A model generated the notes under the pieces. That model was not told where the DNA came from. It worked only from the letters and a program-made list of their open reading frames with translations, and did no database searches. Positions 48,617 to 61,653 of a DNA stretch of 64,000 bases are shown here, one piece after another. The position numbers and the translations under genes were made by a program. Within the stretch, counting starts at the first letter, position 1, and each line of letters begins with the position of its first letter. This stretch comes from Lobosporangium transversale (taxonomy: Eukaryota): positions 62,001-126,000 of the forward strand of contig NW_019028997.1 in the NCBI RefSeq assembly GCF_002105155.1, written 5' to 3'.

Positions 48617-51600
48617 TCACCGGTCTACCATGTTGCCTGAAATATGTACGCCCCGTTGTTGATCAATAAAGAAGGTGGACGTCGTAGTCCTTGGTTTAAT
48701 CAGCACTTGCTCCGCCTCATTTACATACGCCATCTGGTTATACACACTGCTCGTCGCACTCGTCACCTGGATTTTGGGTACATGCAACGGACCTGTCTTC
48801 AATGGCACCAGTGACACTGCGTGCGTCGTAGTCATCCCAGGCTGCAAAAACAAAAAACAAACAAAAAAAAAAAAAAAAAAAAAAGGTTAATGAAAATATG
48901 TAAAAGGTAGATAAATACTCTATACTCTAGTCATGATATGCCATGCCAATTCTATTCACCTTTGCACTGAACAGTCGTTTCCTATGGCCACATAACAACC
49001 AGTTCTCATAGTCTACCAAGATTTCATAATAGAAATCATTGACCTGATCCTTGTCTTTGTTTGGATTCCAGTACGCAGAGTTCTTGATTACCAGCTTGAA
49101 TGTTGCTGGTGAACCTACAGTCAACTCCTGTGAATCATCTACCACTGTCTCCACTGTTGTCAGCAATTGTGAAGTAGGAAGCGGTACAGGGAATGAAATC
49201 TGTAGTGGTCGGTTGGACGAAGTCAATGTCATGATTTGATCATAATCAAATCGCTTATTATCCTACATAAAATAAAATAAAATAAAATAAAAAAAAGGTC
49301 GGTATACAAACACCATCTCCAATCAGTCCTTTTAAAAAAAATAAAATAAAATAAAATAAAATAAAAAAATAAAAAAAAAAAAAAAAATTACTGAGAAGAG
49401 GTCTTTTAAGATGCTAATCAGGGTTTCTCGGATCTTAGGATCATGATATGCCAAGATAGTCTCACAGCTACCAACATCTAATGGTGGCAATTCCAGCTGG
49501 TCCGATATACCATATGCCATATAATCAATTCCTTTGAGTAAGTGTCTCTTAAGATGTGATGTAAGGAAAAGCGCGTGTTGCTCAAGTTGCATTTTAGCCA
49601 AGTCTGTCTCGACAATTGAAGTTAGAGCCTTTTCCACTTCTAAGATCAGGAGTAGTTTGAAAAAGGAAGAAAAAGGGTGGGTTAAAGATAGAAATAAACA
49701 ACTCTGTTGACTAAGCACATTCTCCGTAAAATGTAAACTGTAAACTGTACCATCTCGTAAGCTGTGATAAGTAACAATGAACTGAGCCGGCAAATCTGCA
49801 TCTAGTTTTGTGTTCAAGGAAAATCAAAGGAGTATGTTAGGCCTAAGGTATGGACTTTGGCTGATTAAAGTCAATCAGTAATGGCGTACCTTTTGCATCT
49901 ATTGAGCGAGATATCTTGAAGACGAAGGTAGCATGTTGTCTAGGGAACAAGGTCTGGATAGTGTTTTATGTTAAATCAACCTCTCGTTGAAAATGCATGG
50001 AGTTAATGCGAAATTTTTAATACCATTTCCCCTGCAAATGGCGCCTGCTTGATTTCTTTAATCCGAGAAGGATGGTGAAGGTCAACGTTTAATATGCGAA
50101 TTGGGACAAAGCTTGTACATGTCAAGTCAAGTTTCAAATTGAGGCTGAGGTAATATCAAGGATTAAGAAAAGATGAATATCATGGTTAATATCTTTAATA
50201 TTACAATAATCTAGACTGCCTGAAGAGAAAATAAACTGAAATCCTTACCAATCGTCCCTCCAGATGATTGAATGAGAGACTTGCAATGGAAGCACTGTGT
50301 CAATACTGGTTGTAAGTCTGAAAGAATGCCGTTTTGAGTTAGGTGTGAGGTAATGGATTGCCATTTTTATCGGATGCTCTGTCGCTGTCTGGTGCGTCTC
50401 ATATGGAACAGTAATGGCCAGGGTCTCGTTGGGGCCAAATACGGGCAACGGAATGACTTCGTAGCTTTCAAAAGTGATTTCACCCTTTGAGGAATCTCCA
50501 TTTTCAACAGCCGTCACCTTAGTATACTTCAGTACAGGAGCCTTGAGTAGCGAGATACCATCAGAAACAGAGAACAAACTAAGGCTAGCCTCTGCAACTT
50601 GATTACGCCCGCTTGACACATGAACCACAAATGTGCTTGTCTGGCCCAGCTCCATTTCCTGAGGTCGTGTAATAGTAGCCCTCAATGCCTTTGGATGCGA
50701 GTCAACTCGGAAATTGCGTTTTCTGCTCTCCTGCAAAAAGTCATACCAGAACACCAACTTCCCGGTTTTCAGATGTACTTTCTCTAGAACATAGGTCCCA
50801 GATGCTGATGTCTACATTGATGAGAAGGCCATTACAAGAGTATTATCAGCTATTTCACTCTCAACTCTAGATCAAGGCAGCCTCATGCATACTCTGCTGA
50901 AATCGTTGCCTTACCTCGCATGTTACGCGGAATGTGTTTTTCCCAGGATGCATGATCCCATGGCGGAGAGTAAACCACAGCTCATCGACTTCACCGCTCA
51001 CCATCCTTACTGATAATTTGTTGAATTCAATGTCCTAATATGTATTAAAGTGCCATTAATGCCTTTTAAAAAGGACAAATGATCCACTAAAAGATTTGCT
51101 GATACGCTGATACACGGAGCATGGATTTACTTTGGGTAACTTATTCTCAATCATGACATCAACATATGAGCCATCGTCATCTTGAAGAATGTCTACTACA
51201 GATACAACCTTAACTGTGAACATTGGCGCAAATTCATGGTGTATTTCCTGCTTCAGTTCCTTGGATGTCACTGTGCTGAACAATTCGTTCGAATAATACA
51301 ATTTGTCTTCGTCCTTGAGGTCATCCATGTTTCTCAACAGTGTTAGACATGCCTCAGCATATTTGACTGTCTCGCCCAACTCTTTCAGACACTTGGCATG
51401 CTTGATCACCAATTCATTCTCAAGTACTGTCCAGTGATTATGTCCATATCGCCATGTAATGGATTCCAAAATCCGTGCAGCTTCCGCATATTTTTTCCTA
51501 TAGCTATATCCAAAACAGCATTAGGGACTGTTTATAAGTCGTTATGCTCTGTATCTCCTTCATTAGCAGGCAAACTTACTATTGAAGAGCAGCCACATCA

Positions 51601-52537
51601 CCATGTAAAAGTAATGATGAACGGCGGCGTCCACTCCCATCATAACCCCTAATTGCTCTTGCAGAAACGCTCTGGATTATATTTAAATTAAGTAATACGA
51701 CAATTAGGCAGCATAAATACTAATAAATTTCGTTATAAAGACCAGTCAGTCACCCATACCATGTATACGGCGTCAAATGTCTCATCAGATGAAACGGCTT
51801 CCTGAAGCTCATTAGGCATTGGTCTCTTTTCCACTTCCTCTGGCGTTGGTGAGTCAGTATTATCGTAGCCCAAAGACATTGTGAAAGGTAACTCCTTCGG
51901 GAGTCGTCCATGTTGAATGCCAAGCTTGTCCAGCTAAAATGCGATTGAAATAGGTTAGAGCCGTTCTTTGAATGTCTAGTTCACCCAAGATTGAAATGAT
52001 AACTAGACTCAGCGTGATCCAAGACAGCTACCTGTTGACGCGCCAGTTGCAGAAGCTCAGCCTTCGCGCCGTCCAGCGAGACCATCGTGTGAGGATCATC
52101 TGTGGATAATGGGATAGTCTCGTCACATTCGTTTACTATAGACATACATGCTGTGTAAATCCATGATTCCAGAAAATTCTCTGTGAGGTTTAGCTACGAA
52201 GGGACAGGTATAATGCTCTATTAATCATCCAAGCTAGTCCTTTAATGATTTAGTTATAAAGTATAGAGGTCATTATGCACATACCACATGCTCTCGAACA
52301 GTACGGGCAAATGATGGGATAAAGATTAATGCTCTATGGCAAATCTCTACTGGCCGCCTCAGTCGGAATAGCAAGTTACATTGTCGCCCAAACAGATATG
52401 TCCTGAAATCAAATACTGAGATAGTGTTCTGCATTATTAAATCCCTATAGGGCTTCCTGTTGAGGTCCAGTAAATTAGCGTCATTGTCTCCTTCCTGCAT
52501 CCCGCCAAACTTCCCATACCAAGTAAGCGCATTATCT

Positions 52538-52579
<42 letters not shown>

Positions 52580-53781
52580 AAACATCAACAAGAATTGCCA
52601 TTTTGACTAAATATACTACTACAAGTATTGTTGAAAGACTCCAAAGCTGGCAAGTGCCTACCTCGAAGGATTTGGAAAAATGAAGCTTCCAGTTCATCAT
52701 ACTGTCGTAGAGCTTCCTCATGCAAGTTCATCATCTCGTACGCATTGGTGAGGCCTTCTTTCAAAATAAAAAATGTACAATAATTCCATCCGGGCATTTG
52801 TCGCTGTGAGTCCAAGCGACGAATATCTTCTTCAAAGGTCAGAACATGTTGATCAAAGCTTGTCAGTATTCCTTCTTTCATCTTTTCTGTAAATTCTGCC
52901 CATAATTCCATTTCAGACATCTCTGTATCTGCCATCCTGACTTGTGCAACCCTATAACGATGTGAATCCATTGAGACAAAAAAAAGAAAGAAATCTGGCA
53001 TTTAGATTCTTTAAGGATCAATGCTCTGTGCCTGAGTGCAATATATTGTCGCTAATTACCTGTCTCGTTTGCCAGTGTTGAAGTCGGCTTTAATTCTATC
53101 TAGGACAGAGGCCCTCAAGAACTTTGCAGCCCTTGCGCTCTCCTGACTGCTAATGTGCACAATGAGCCATTCCTGATTTTTCTTTGATGTGATAAGATTG
53201 ATCCAATCCCGAATCTGCTGCTTAACTGTGGTCCTGTATGTTTCATTATCCTAACATTTCAAAGTTAAAAAAAAAAAAAAAAAAAAAAAAAAGCCAACAC
53301 TGAACTAATTAGATAGCTCTAACATCTAATTGATGAATTGTCGAGAAAAGAGATGTGGTTAAGAAAATACCTCGCAATTGACAAAATATAGATTGAGGTA
53401 TGGGTTCTGCAGCAGAGTCACTGGCGGTAGGTTCTTAGAGGATTCAGGTGTGAAACGTTTGAATTCCACGTCCAGCATGGCGATATTCCGTTTGGTCCTA
53501 TTGTTACTTGGCTTCCAAACCAAGTTGCGCAACGGCAGCCTTGCTGCAAGGTCCTTTTCGATACCAGCCCAATTACCGCTCTCATCGCAATCTGTGGTTC
53601 AAAAACAAAACGAACAAGAAAAAGTAATAATGAGCAAATGGCGGAAAGACAGAATAAAAAGTAAAGACTAAGATCTAAGCTAAAGATATGTTGCTGAATT
53701 TTTTTATTTTATTTTATTTTTCTTTTGCAAGATGGTGTTCCATGTCTACCTACAGGTGACAATGACACGCTTGGGTTCCAT
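48617..53781 (-). CDS. TRAPPC10: TRAPP II subunit TRAPPC10/Trs130, multi-exon
   Basis: 'RLPLRNLVWK', 'PYLNLYFVNC', 'QRQMPGWNYCTFFILKEGL', 'YDELEASF', 'KPYRDLIMQNTISVFDFRTYLFGRQ' and the C-terminal 'WLLCGHRK...LVPLKTGPLHVPKI'. ATG at 53781. Confidence 0.93.
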
Positions 53782-54508
53782 TGTTACCAGGATCTCAAAA
53801 AAGAAAGAAACTCTCCTTGACTACTGGACAGACGAGTGACTAAGCAATAATAGACAGTTCTCGTGTAAATAAGAGTAAGGGTGAGGGTGAGTGTGAGAGT
53901 GTGGTAATGAGAAAGGGAATGTGTACAGATGGAGTTGATGAAAGGGGACAAAATTTGAGCTCAATACCGTCCATGTGACGTCCAAATAAGGCGCGTTCAA
54001 TGGACCGAGAAGAGACGTGTGTGTTTCGCGCTTGGCGGCAACCTATAGTAACAGAGGGAATCTCTTAAGGATACCTCAATCATCTATTCTACATTCATGC
54101 AACCTGACGAAACAAAAAAAAAGAAAAAAAAAAAAACCTGTGCCCGATCCTCTTCTTTTTTTATTATCGTATCACACCATCGTTCGCTCTGACCTCCCCA
54201 TCTTGCTTCGCCTAAATGTGTTTCTCCCTTTGGCTCCTCAGATGGCCTTTCGATGCATAAAATAAAAATAAAAAGGCGGGCATTATAGACGCGTTTATAT
54301 ATTTTCTCCTTCCTCTTTCCTTTTACTCGACAACCACTGTCTTTCACACACATTTCTTTCTCTAGTATCTAAAGTATATTCTCAGTATTATACATTGCCA
54401 TTCTTCGACTGTCTTCGGTTTTGCTCTCAAAACCTCTCAGGTCTTTCTTTTTGGAAAAAAAACCCCCATTATCCTTTTATCCCGATAGAAAAGACAAAAA
54501 ACCAACAA

Positions 54509-56491
54509 ATGATTCGGGCAGGACTATATTCCATCTCAGCAGCTATCACATTTGCCTCCAATGCATTTCTAGTATCCTTACTTCTCTTTCCTGATCAACC
54601 ATCGACCGTTGATACCGCCTATCTCTGGCCCAAGCCAGTGACTAAATATCACAGACAGCACATCATCCCACCCCCCAATCGCTCCAGATTTCAGCTTCCA
54701 AATGACATTAATCCACAATTATCTCAACTCGCGGCCCGGTTTCGAAATAGGATTTTGAATAGTCGGTTTCAAAACTCTATTGACCCTAGATTGCTGGTCA
54801 AGGAAGGAGAAAGGCTCCGAATTCAAGATATTAAGCTGGAACTCACCTCATCCGAGGTTGAAGCGGGCGCATCAGCATACACTCTAAGATTGCACACTGG
54901 TGGTGAGTGCAAAATTAATTACTTATTAAAGAAAGGCCATCAAATATGAGCTATCTATATGCTGAACTAATAGACATTTATTCATTTTTGAAATCAATAA
55001 AGTCCCTAGTACCTCTTTCAAACGGGATACGGCACAATGCGAGTATTTCCCCACGTATGCTTTTATACAGGATAGCTCCAAGGATATTCTTTGGCAATCT
55101 TGGTAAAGCTAATGACTCTACATACTTTTCTAAAAAAAAAAAAATATGCAAACCATAGCAGCAATCAACCTGCTTTAAAACCACATTATACGATCGAGAA
55201 AATGCTGGTCAAATCTACTCTCTCTCTTTTTTTTTTATTTTTTTATTTTTTTTTATTTTGAAGACTACAATAGAAAAGTCAAATGTAATAAATCTTTTTT
55301 TTTTTTTTTTTTTTTTTTTGCGGTACGACATTCCATTATGGAAGCATAGGGGCCTTAGCGTACCTCGTGACGAACAACACGCATGGAGGAAAAAAGGAGA
55401 TTACCCATATTCATGGTCAATCGCATTTCCCACGCCGAAGGGTGTTGGCCTATTCTATTAGGAATCCTCTTTCAGTGACAGCTCTCTACCGCATTGATAC
55501 CATGGTCATGAACAAACCAAGCCTCTCCTGCTGGGATGCTGATCCCCACTCCTTTCCTACTCCCTCGCACATCCAATTGCAACAAAAAGAAGGTTATTGG
55601 ATATCGGATTTACCACTCAGCCACACTGCTCAGGAGGATCTTTGTGTCAGTAGCTTGATCTACACTAATGACGACTATCCAGAACTGATCCAATACAATG
55701 CCAATCATGGGAGTTGTTTCGATTTGGAAATCAATATGCCAGATCATGCACGGTCATGGCCTAGCACCTTCCCAAAAGTTATTGCATGTTCTGATAGCTA
55801 TCCTGACTACAGTTGCTATTACTCAAAATCTCGAAGCGAGCAATTGAGTCGGAGCCTTCTATTGACCTATGAAGTTATTCAAAGGAACCATGGCCAGGCG
55901 CTACATCTTTTCAACGAACAGCATCTTTATTTTAAACTTGATAAAGTCAGTATCAATTGCCGGGGTAGTGTTGATCCCATGATCAAATATATAAAGCGCA
56001 ACATCCCCAAATCCAAGGAAAGGTATGAAGGTACCTTGGACCAACTTGTCTCAAAGCAAGGTCAAAAGACATTCCTTAACTGGGAAGAGGAGCCTCTGAT
56101 GAATTGCGATAAAGTTCATCGCCCAGAGAAAAAGGATATAGTGGCTGAAGTCTTAACAAGCTCACATGATATCAGGATTGCTAATGTAGTTGGTCGTTGT
56201 GAAGTTGGAGTTTGGCCCAGCAACTCAATACCTGATTCATATGATATCTGGCAAAGGAACGATTGGTACAATTTAGTTTTGGGACTCAGTCTGAACAAGG
56301 CGCAGCAGGTCATCGGGAATGAGGCGTTAGTGTCGGAAAATGCTAATTTTGAATCAAACTTGTGGCCATGCACAGCTACTGCGGCAAAGGTAAAAAGAAG
56401 AAACCCAAAAAGGCGATATCGTTTATTTTAGTTTCTAATTAACATATTTGTTTTAAAAGTTTATGCACTCTAACCTTGAGTCTTTTACGTC

Positions 56492-56534
<43 letters not shown>

Positions 56535-56817
56535 CAATGTTTGCTTGTTTGTTCTTTTTTTAAAGATGCTTGAGAGTAGAAAGTCTAACAACAACTCAAC
56601 AGTGGTGTGGAATGTTCCTAATCAAATGCTTTGGAGCACCGAAATCCTTGAGGGAATCGACAGTGATCGCGCCTCTTCAAGCTCTCTAAGAGCATTAGTG
56701 CTAAGTCTTTACAACCAATGTGGTATTTACAACATCCTGAACAGTGCATCTGGCCCAAGCCTATGGAGCGATCACACTAGTAATGAATATGGTACGCACA
56801 ACGGTTGTTGTTTCTAA
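54509..56817 (+). CDS. Hypothetical protein with N-terminal signal or anchor, ~4 exons
   Basis: Exons ~54509-54903, 55009-55102, 55359-56389 and 56567-56817 can be joined in frame with GT-AG introns. Hydrophobic N-terminus; no family recognised. Confidence 0.65.
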
Positions 56818-57431
56818 ATGTATTAGATAATCATAAAGATGACTCAGATTAAATGTCATTTTACAAACACACAACACCTTGAAAAAGAGGAGGTGAGGCA
56901 GGGCAAATGGGACACTGCCATTTCGCTAAAATCTACTACAGTCTGGAACGTTAACAATCAACCTTTGCTCCCTAAATATATTTGTAGCAGATGATGACAT
57001 TTGCTCCTTTAATATTTTTCTCAACGTAAGATTGGCTCTTTCCAATGTTGTGGTGAGCTCTCATGTCCAATACTTTAAAAAAAGGTGGTGGTTTGTTTCC
57101 AGGCATGCAACCTGAAGCTGAGAGATGAAAAAGAGCTTTTTTTTTTTATCAAAGAGTAGAATCGACTTTTTTTTTTTTTTTTTTTTTTTTTGGCAGTTGA
57201 TGCACTGACTCCGGCATCAACAGACAACTTTAATAGAAGAGGGGCTCCTGGATGTTTAGATTTCATTTAAAAGGAAGACAAATAGGCTACTTCGATCCAA
57301 GATAAAAAATATACTTACAGACTTCTTCCATTTATCTTTTTTTTTTTTTTTTTTTTTTTTTTTTGTACCATATCCGCTTTCAAGCACTTGCTTCGTTCTC
57401 TCGCTTTCAACCACTTTCTCATATAATAAAA

Positions 57432-58473
57432 ATGTCATCAGCCCCAGAGAAAAAACAGAAGTCACTCACTATCTCTATCCCTACCTCGGGTAGTGGCCCA
57501 AACGGCGTCCCACTCATCATTGGTACGCACGATGCGCCAGGTAGGATCGTTGGCACAGTCGCCTTCCAATCCAACTACGACTGTAAAGGTGAAGATATCA
57601 TTATTCATTATACAGCTCTAGCAGAGGCTCGTTGGGCAGGTAAATATTGGCGGTAGACTAGAGATGACACTATAAAAAGGTTAAGCGCTTTAAACTTTGT
57701 TCAAACATTAAGACCTTTCCTTTTTCTCTAAAAAAATTAGTGAAGAGAGGCAAGAGAACATATCATTATAGAGGTCGTAAAATGTATGCTGAGCAGGTCT
57801 TTCAATTAGCACTTCCACACCCAAAACCAGGCGCTGTCCAAGCTGGTCAATACTCTTGTCCAATTGATATCACAATCGATCCCAAGGCGAGCCCTTCGTC
57901 CTTCACAGGAATGTATGCATGGATGACTTATCGAATTCGAGCAACGCTTGTTCGCAAATTCCCTTCCTCGAACGTTGTTCGAGATCAGACCATTTGGGTT
58001 TTAAACACTATTCTTCCTCGGCCTCAACTTCACTTTCAAATACTCCAGTAACAATGACACGGTTTAATGGAACACTCAAGGACGTTGTCCCCTATGTCTG
58101 CGTGGTCCCTTCAAATGTCCTGTATCTACAACAACTAGTCCCTGTCACGATCAAAATTATGCCTACAGAGCACCCAGTCAGTGTCGTGAGTGCAGTCATT
58201 AAATTGAAACAATATACTCGATTACAGGTCAGTGGCGGGACAAAATCAGATTCAAAGGAGTTGATGTCATTCCCAGTGACGGACGAGTGGCCTGTCCCAG
58301 AGGCAAGGAAGGGTTGGCAGAGAACCATTGTGGTCTCTTTGCCAGGAGTACCTCAAGTGACGCCCACATTTGGATCAGATATGATCACCAAAACTCATAT
58401 GCTCAAACTTATCATGCAAGTCAGGATGGGCGCTCGTGGGGAGAAGCATGAATTGAGAGTCGAGAGTAAGTGT

Positions 58474-58505
<32 letters not shown>

Positions 58506-58660
58506 ACTATTCTTTTTGATCATGATAAAGAAAAATCTCTTAACTCGTTTCTTCATTCAAAACAATAGTGCCAGTAATTATTACAGGACCCCGTCCACCA
58601 GGCGAGCCATATCCCAGCTTCGATTTGAACCGATATTTGGCTTGCGTTGATCAAACCTAA
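57432..58660 (+). CDS. Arrestin-fold (alpha-arrestin-like) protein, 3 exons, with an apparent 1-bp frameshift near 58030
   Basis: 'IVGTVAF', 'AGQYSCPIDITI...PSSFTGMYAWMTYRIRATLVRKFP', then 'LVPVTIKI...VIKLKQYT...TPTFGSDMITKTHMLKLIM' in another frame. Introns ~57640-57740 and ~58467-58568. Confidence 0.78.
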
Positions 58661-58952
58661 AGATGGTTCCTTGCCTGTCCGACTACTCATTATTTAGGAC
58701 ACTCATAATACATAAGCTCGTTTTCCTTATTAAAGAAGTGTGCCTTTTCTAACTCCTTATTTACTTTGCTATCTTTTACTAATGGGATAAAAAAAAAAAA
58801 AAAAATGAAAAAAATGAAAAAGCGCTTTATTAAGGATGTATGTAGATGTTCGTGTTGGGGGATATTGGATGGTATCACTAAGCGTGCAATTGTCATTAGT
58901 TGTATATTTGTGTTATGAGTGTGCAAAATAAGGACAGTCCTTCGTCTTTTCA

Positions 58953-61198
58953 TTAGTTATTATCAACAACAAGCATCTCAACGGAGACATCGTCGTTATC
59001 TCCCTCATCATCGGAGCTATCTTGACGCTCTGGGTCAAAGTACTCTTCTTTGTCTCCACCCTGGTACACTGGTGGAGTGCCACAAGTTGAATATGAATTT
59101 GAATCAGATGGGGCATATGAGCCGTCTGACCTCTTTTCAGAAACGATTGTAACTCCCTGTAGTTCTATGGGATAAGCAGTTCCACTTTCTGTCCGTGCTG
59201 TGATCACTGGTTGAGCTGCCACAATACGAGTCGCGTGAGATATCTGAGGTGTTTGAGCATATTCAAGGTCTACTGGAGGTATTGCTAGGCTTTTAGGCGA
59301 TAGTGAATCAAGAATAGCCTCTTTAGAGTCGACAGTCGGATTGAGATTGGTGACAGAGGGGTTAGCAGATACTGCTGCTTTAGCTGCATTGGTACGCTTC
59401 CTCTGTTCGAACAAGAGTTTGTTCTCCTCCACCAAGATGTTGATCCACTCCATCAGTCGACGTTCTGCATCCTTGACTAGTGTTTTGCCAGACAGTTCTC
59501 GAAGTAAAGGATATACATGAGGCATGCCCTCAGCCATGTAGTGATATGTAACACGACCCCCTGTTGCCTGAAAATGATCCACAAAGCGTGCACAATCGTC
59601 TCTCAAAACTTCTCCTCCAGAATAAATAATGGCTAATTCTGGGAACTTTGAATGATCTTTGACGTAGAAGGGCGAAACATGGGGGTCATGGATCTCCTTG
59701 GGTCCTGCATAACAACGTGCAATCTTTTTGAACACCTGTGGAGGCATAAAGTCGGTCCTGCGATTGTGAGCCATAGAAGGTGAAGTCATCTCATCAGCAT
59801 CCAACCGAAGCCACGGAGAAATGCATAGCAAAGCGCGAGGAGGTGGAAGTCGATCCTCACGTAGAACATAACAAGCATTCAACAGGATATTTGCTCCAGC
59901 GCTGTCTCCACCTAGAAACAGACAAGTATAACATTATTAAAAAAAAAAAAAAAAAAAAAAGGCAATCTTAAACAGCAATTTATGTTTTTTAAACTTTTCT
60001 TACCAAAGATGATCTTGCGAGGATTCCAGCGAATTTCATGAACCAGGAAACGATATGCAGACAAGTATTGGTCTCTTTGGAAAGGGAACTTTTTCTGAGG
60101 TGCAAGGTCTATTATTTTTGTTATTGTTATTGTTGACAAAATTTTGTGAACAGAATCAGAATTTGGGCATATTTACGCATTGTCCCTCCAACTGTTCACT
60201 TTAAAAGTCTCTTTAACATCAAGTGCTCTTTCTGTTGTTTTTCTTGTTCCTCTGATGACATGATCAGGCTCTCTTTTTTTCTTTTCTCCCACAGGAATGC
60301 CAGTGAGCCGTGTTTTGAAAAAAGTGGAGAGTGAAATTTGGAGAGAGGAGAAATTGGAGCCGTTTTGATCTTGCTTTCTATGTCCAATCCACAACATCCT
60401 TCGGGAGCTCAATAACCAATGAACAAAAGTAGTTCAACTTCGCCTCCACATGGTCAGACAACAAAAAAGACTGTGTAATATCCCCTGTCGCTGATTGAAT
60501 ATACTGAACACATTCTTTTATGCCAGATTATCGGAACAAAAAAAGAGCAAACACATGTGAAGAGGAAGGGAGAGCAATAGAGCAATTAAAGGATCAAAAG
60601 AAGAGACAATAGAACACTCGTATGCATCACATAATGATAATGCATATGGCGGAACAAAGGGGGAGAGAGAGGAAGAGAGATTTTTCTTACCATAATCAAC
60701 GGACAGGATGCGCAGGGTCTTATTATGGACAGTTTTGAAATGTTGTACCCAAGAGCAAAAGATATTATTGTACATCTCAGCGTCGCCAAAGACAAATCCT
60801 CCACCATGAGCATATAGCATAATCATGTCTACGCCTTTGAGTGACACTCTCCAGGTAGGATCGCCTCCTCGGGTCTCAGCTGGGATCTTCTTAGTCTCAA
60901 GTGTACCTACCCAATAGGCCCTCCAAGTGTCACGCTTCACTACCATGCTCCTCTCGCCAGGAACCAGGACTGTACGGATTGCCAATGCTGGATGGTACCA
61001 TTGGTATGGGAACATGGCTGCCGCCAAATATACAATTCGGATAAAACAGTGTGAGTGAAAAGGAACATGTTTTGGTCCAGTAAAGCGTAGGTAGAGCGAA
61101 TAGATGAGTGTGGGTACGATAAGCAAAATAAAGAGAATGAGGCCCACAAACGTGTGTAGAATCACACGGAGGTATTTGAGAGGTTTTGGGAGTGCCAT
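58953..61198 (-). CDS. HSL-family alpha/beta hydrolase (Abhydrolase_3; Say1-like), 3 exons
   Basis: N-terminal TM segment, 'YAHGGGF', 'ILSVDY|DLAPQKKFP', 'GGDSAGANIL' (GDSAG), 'ISPW', 'HVSP', 'GGEVLRDD' and 'GMPHVY'. Confidence 0.9.
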
Positions 61199-61653
61199 TG
61201 GTGAGTTTAGGCAATATGAAGTTTATTTATGATAGCGTCGACGGAAGCTGTGCGAAAAGAGCGGGAAGATAGATGATTTTTAATGGAGAAGGTGATATAG
61301 TTGTAGCAGAAGATGAGAACGTTTATAAGCGACAGACCACAAAGGTGTGTGAAGAGAGTGCAGGGGCAAGGAAAGGCAAATAGAAAAGAAGAAAAGAAGA
61401 AAAGAAGAAAAGAGAAATAAAATTGCAGAAATGGGCAACAACGGTGCCAGTGAGACTGTTGATGGTTGCCCAATGCTCTCAACTGTTTTTTCGATAGAAA
61501 ATTGGTTGAGGGCATAATGGTGAGTGCCAGACACTGCTTCAGATTAGGTCAGGCTTAACTCAAAATTATTTTATTAATTCATTGGTGTAAAAAGTCAAAG
61601 AGAGCATGGATTGGTGGCGCTACGAAGGAAACAGCCCCAATATGTCGGACAAA

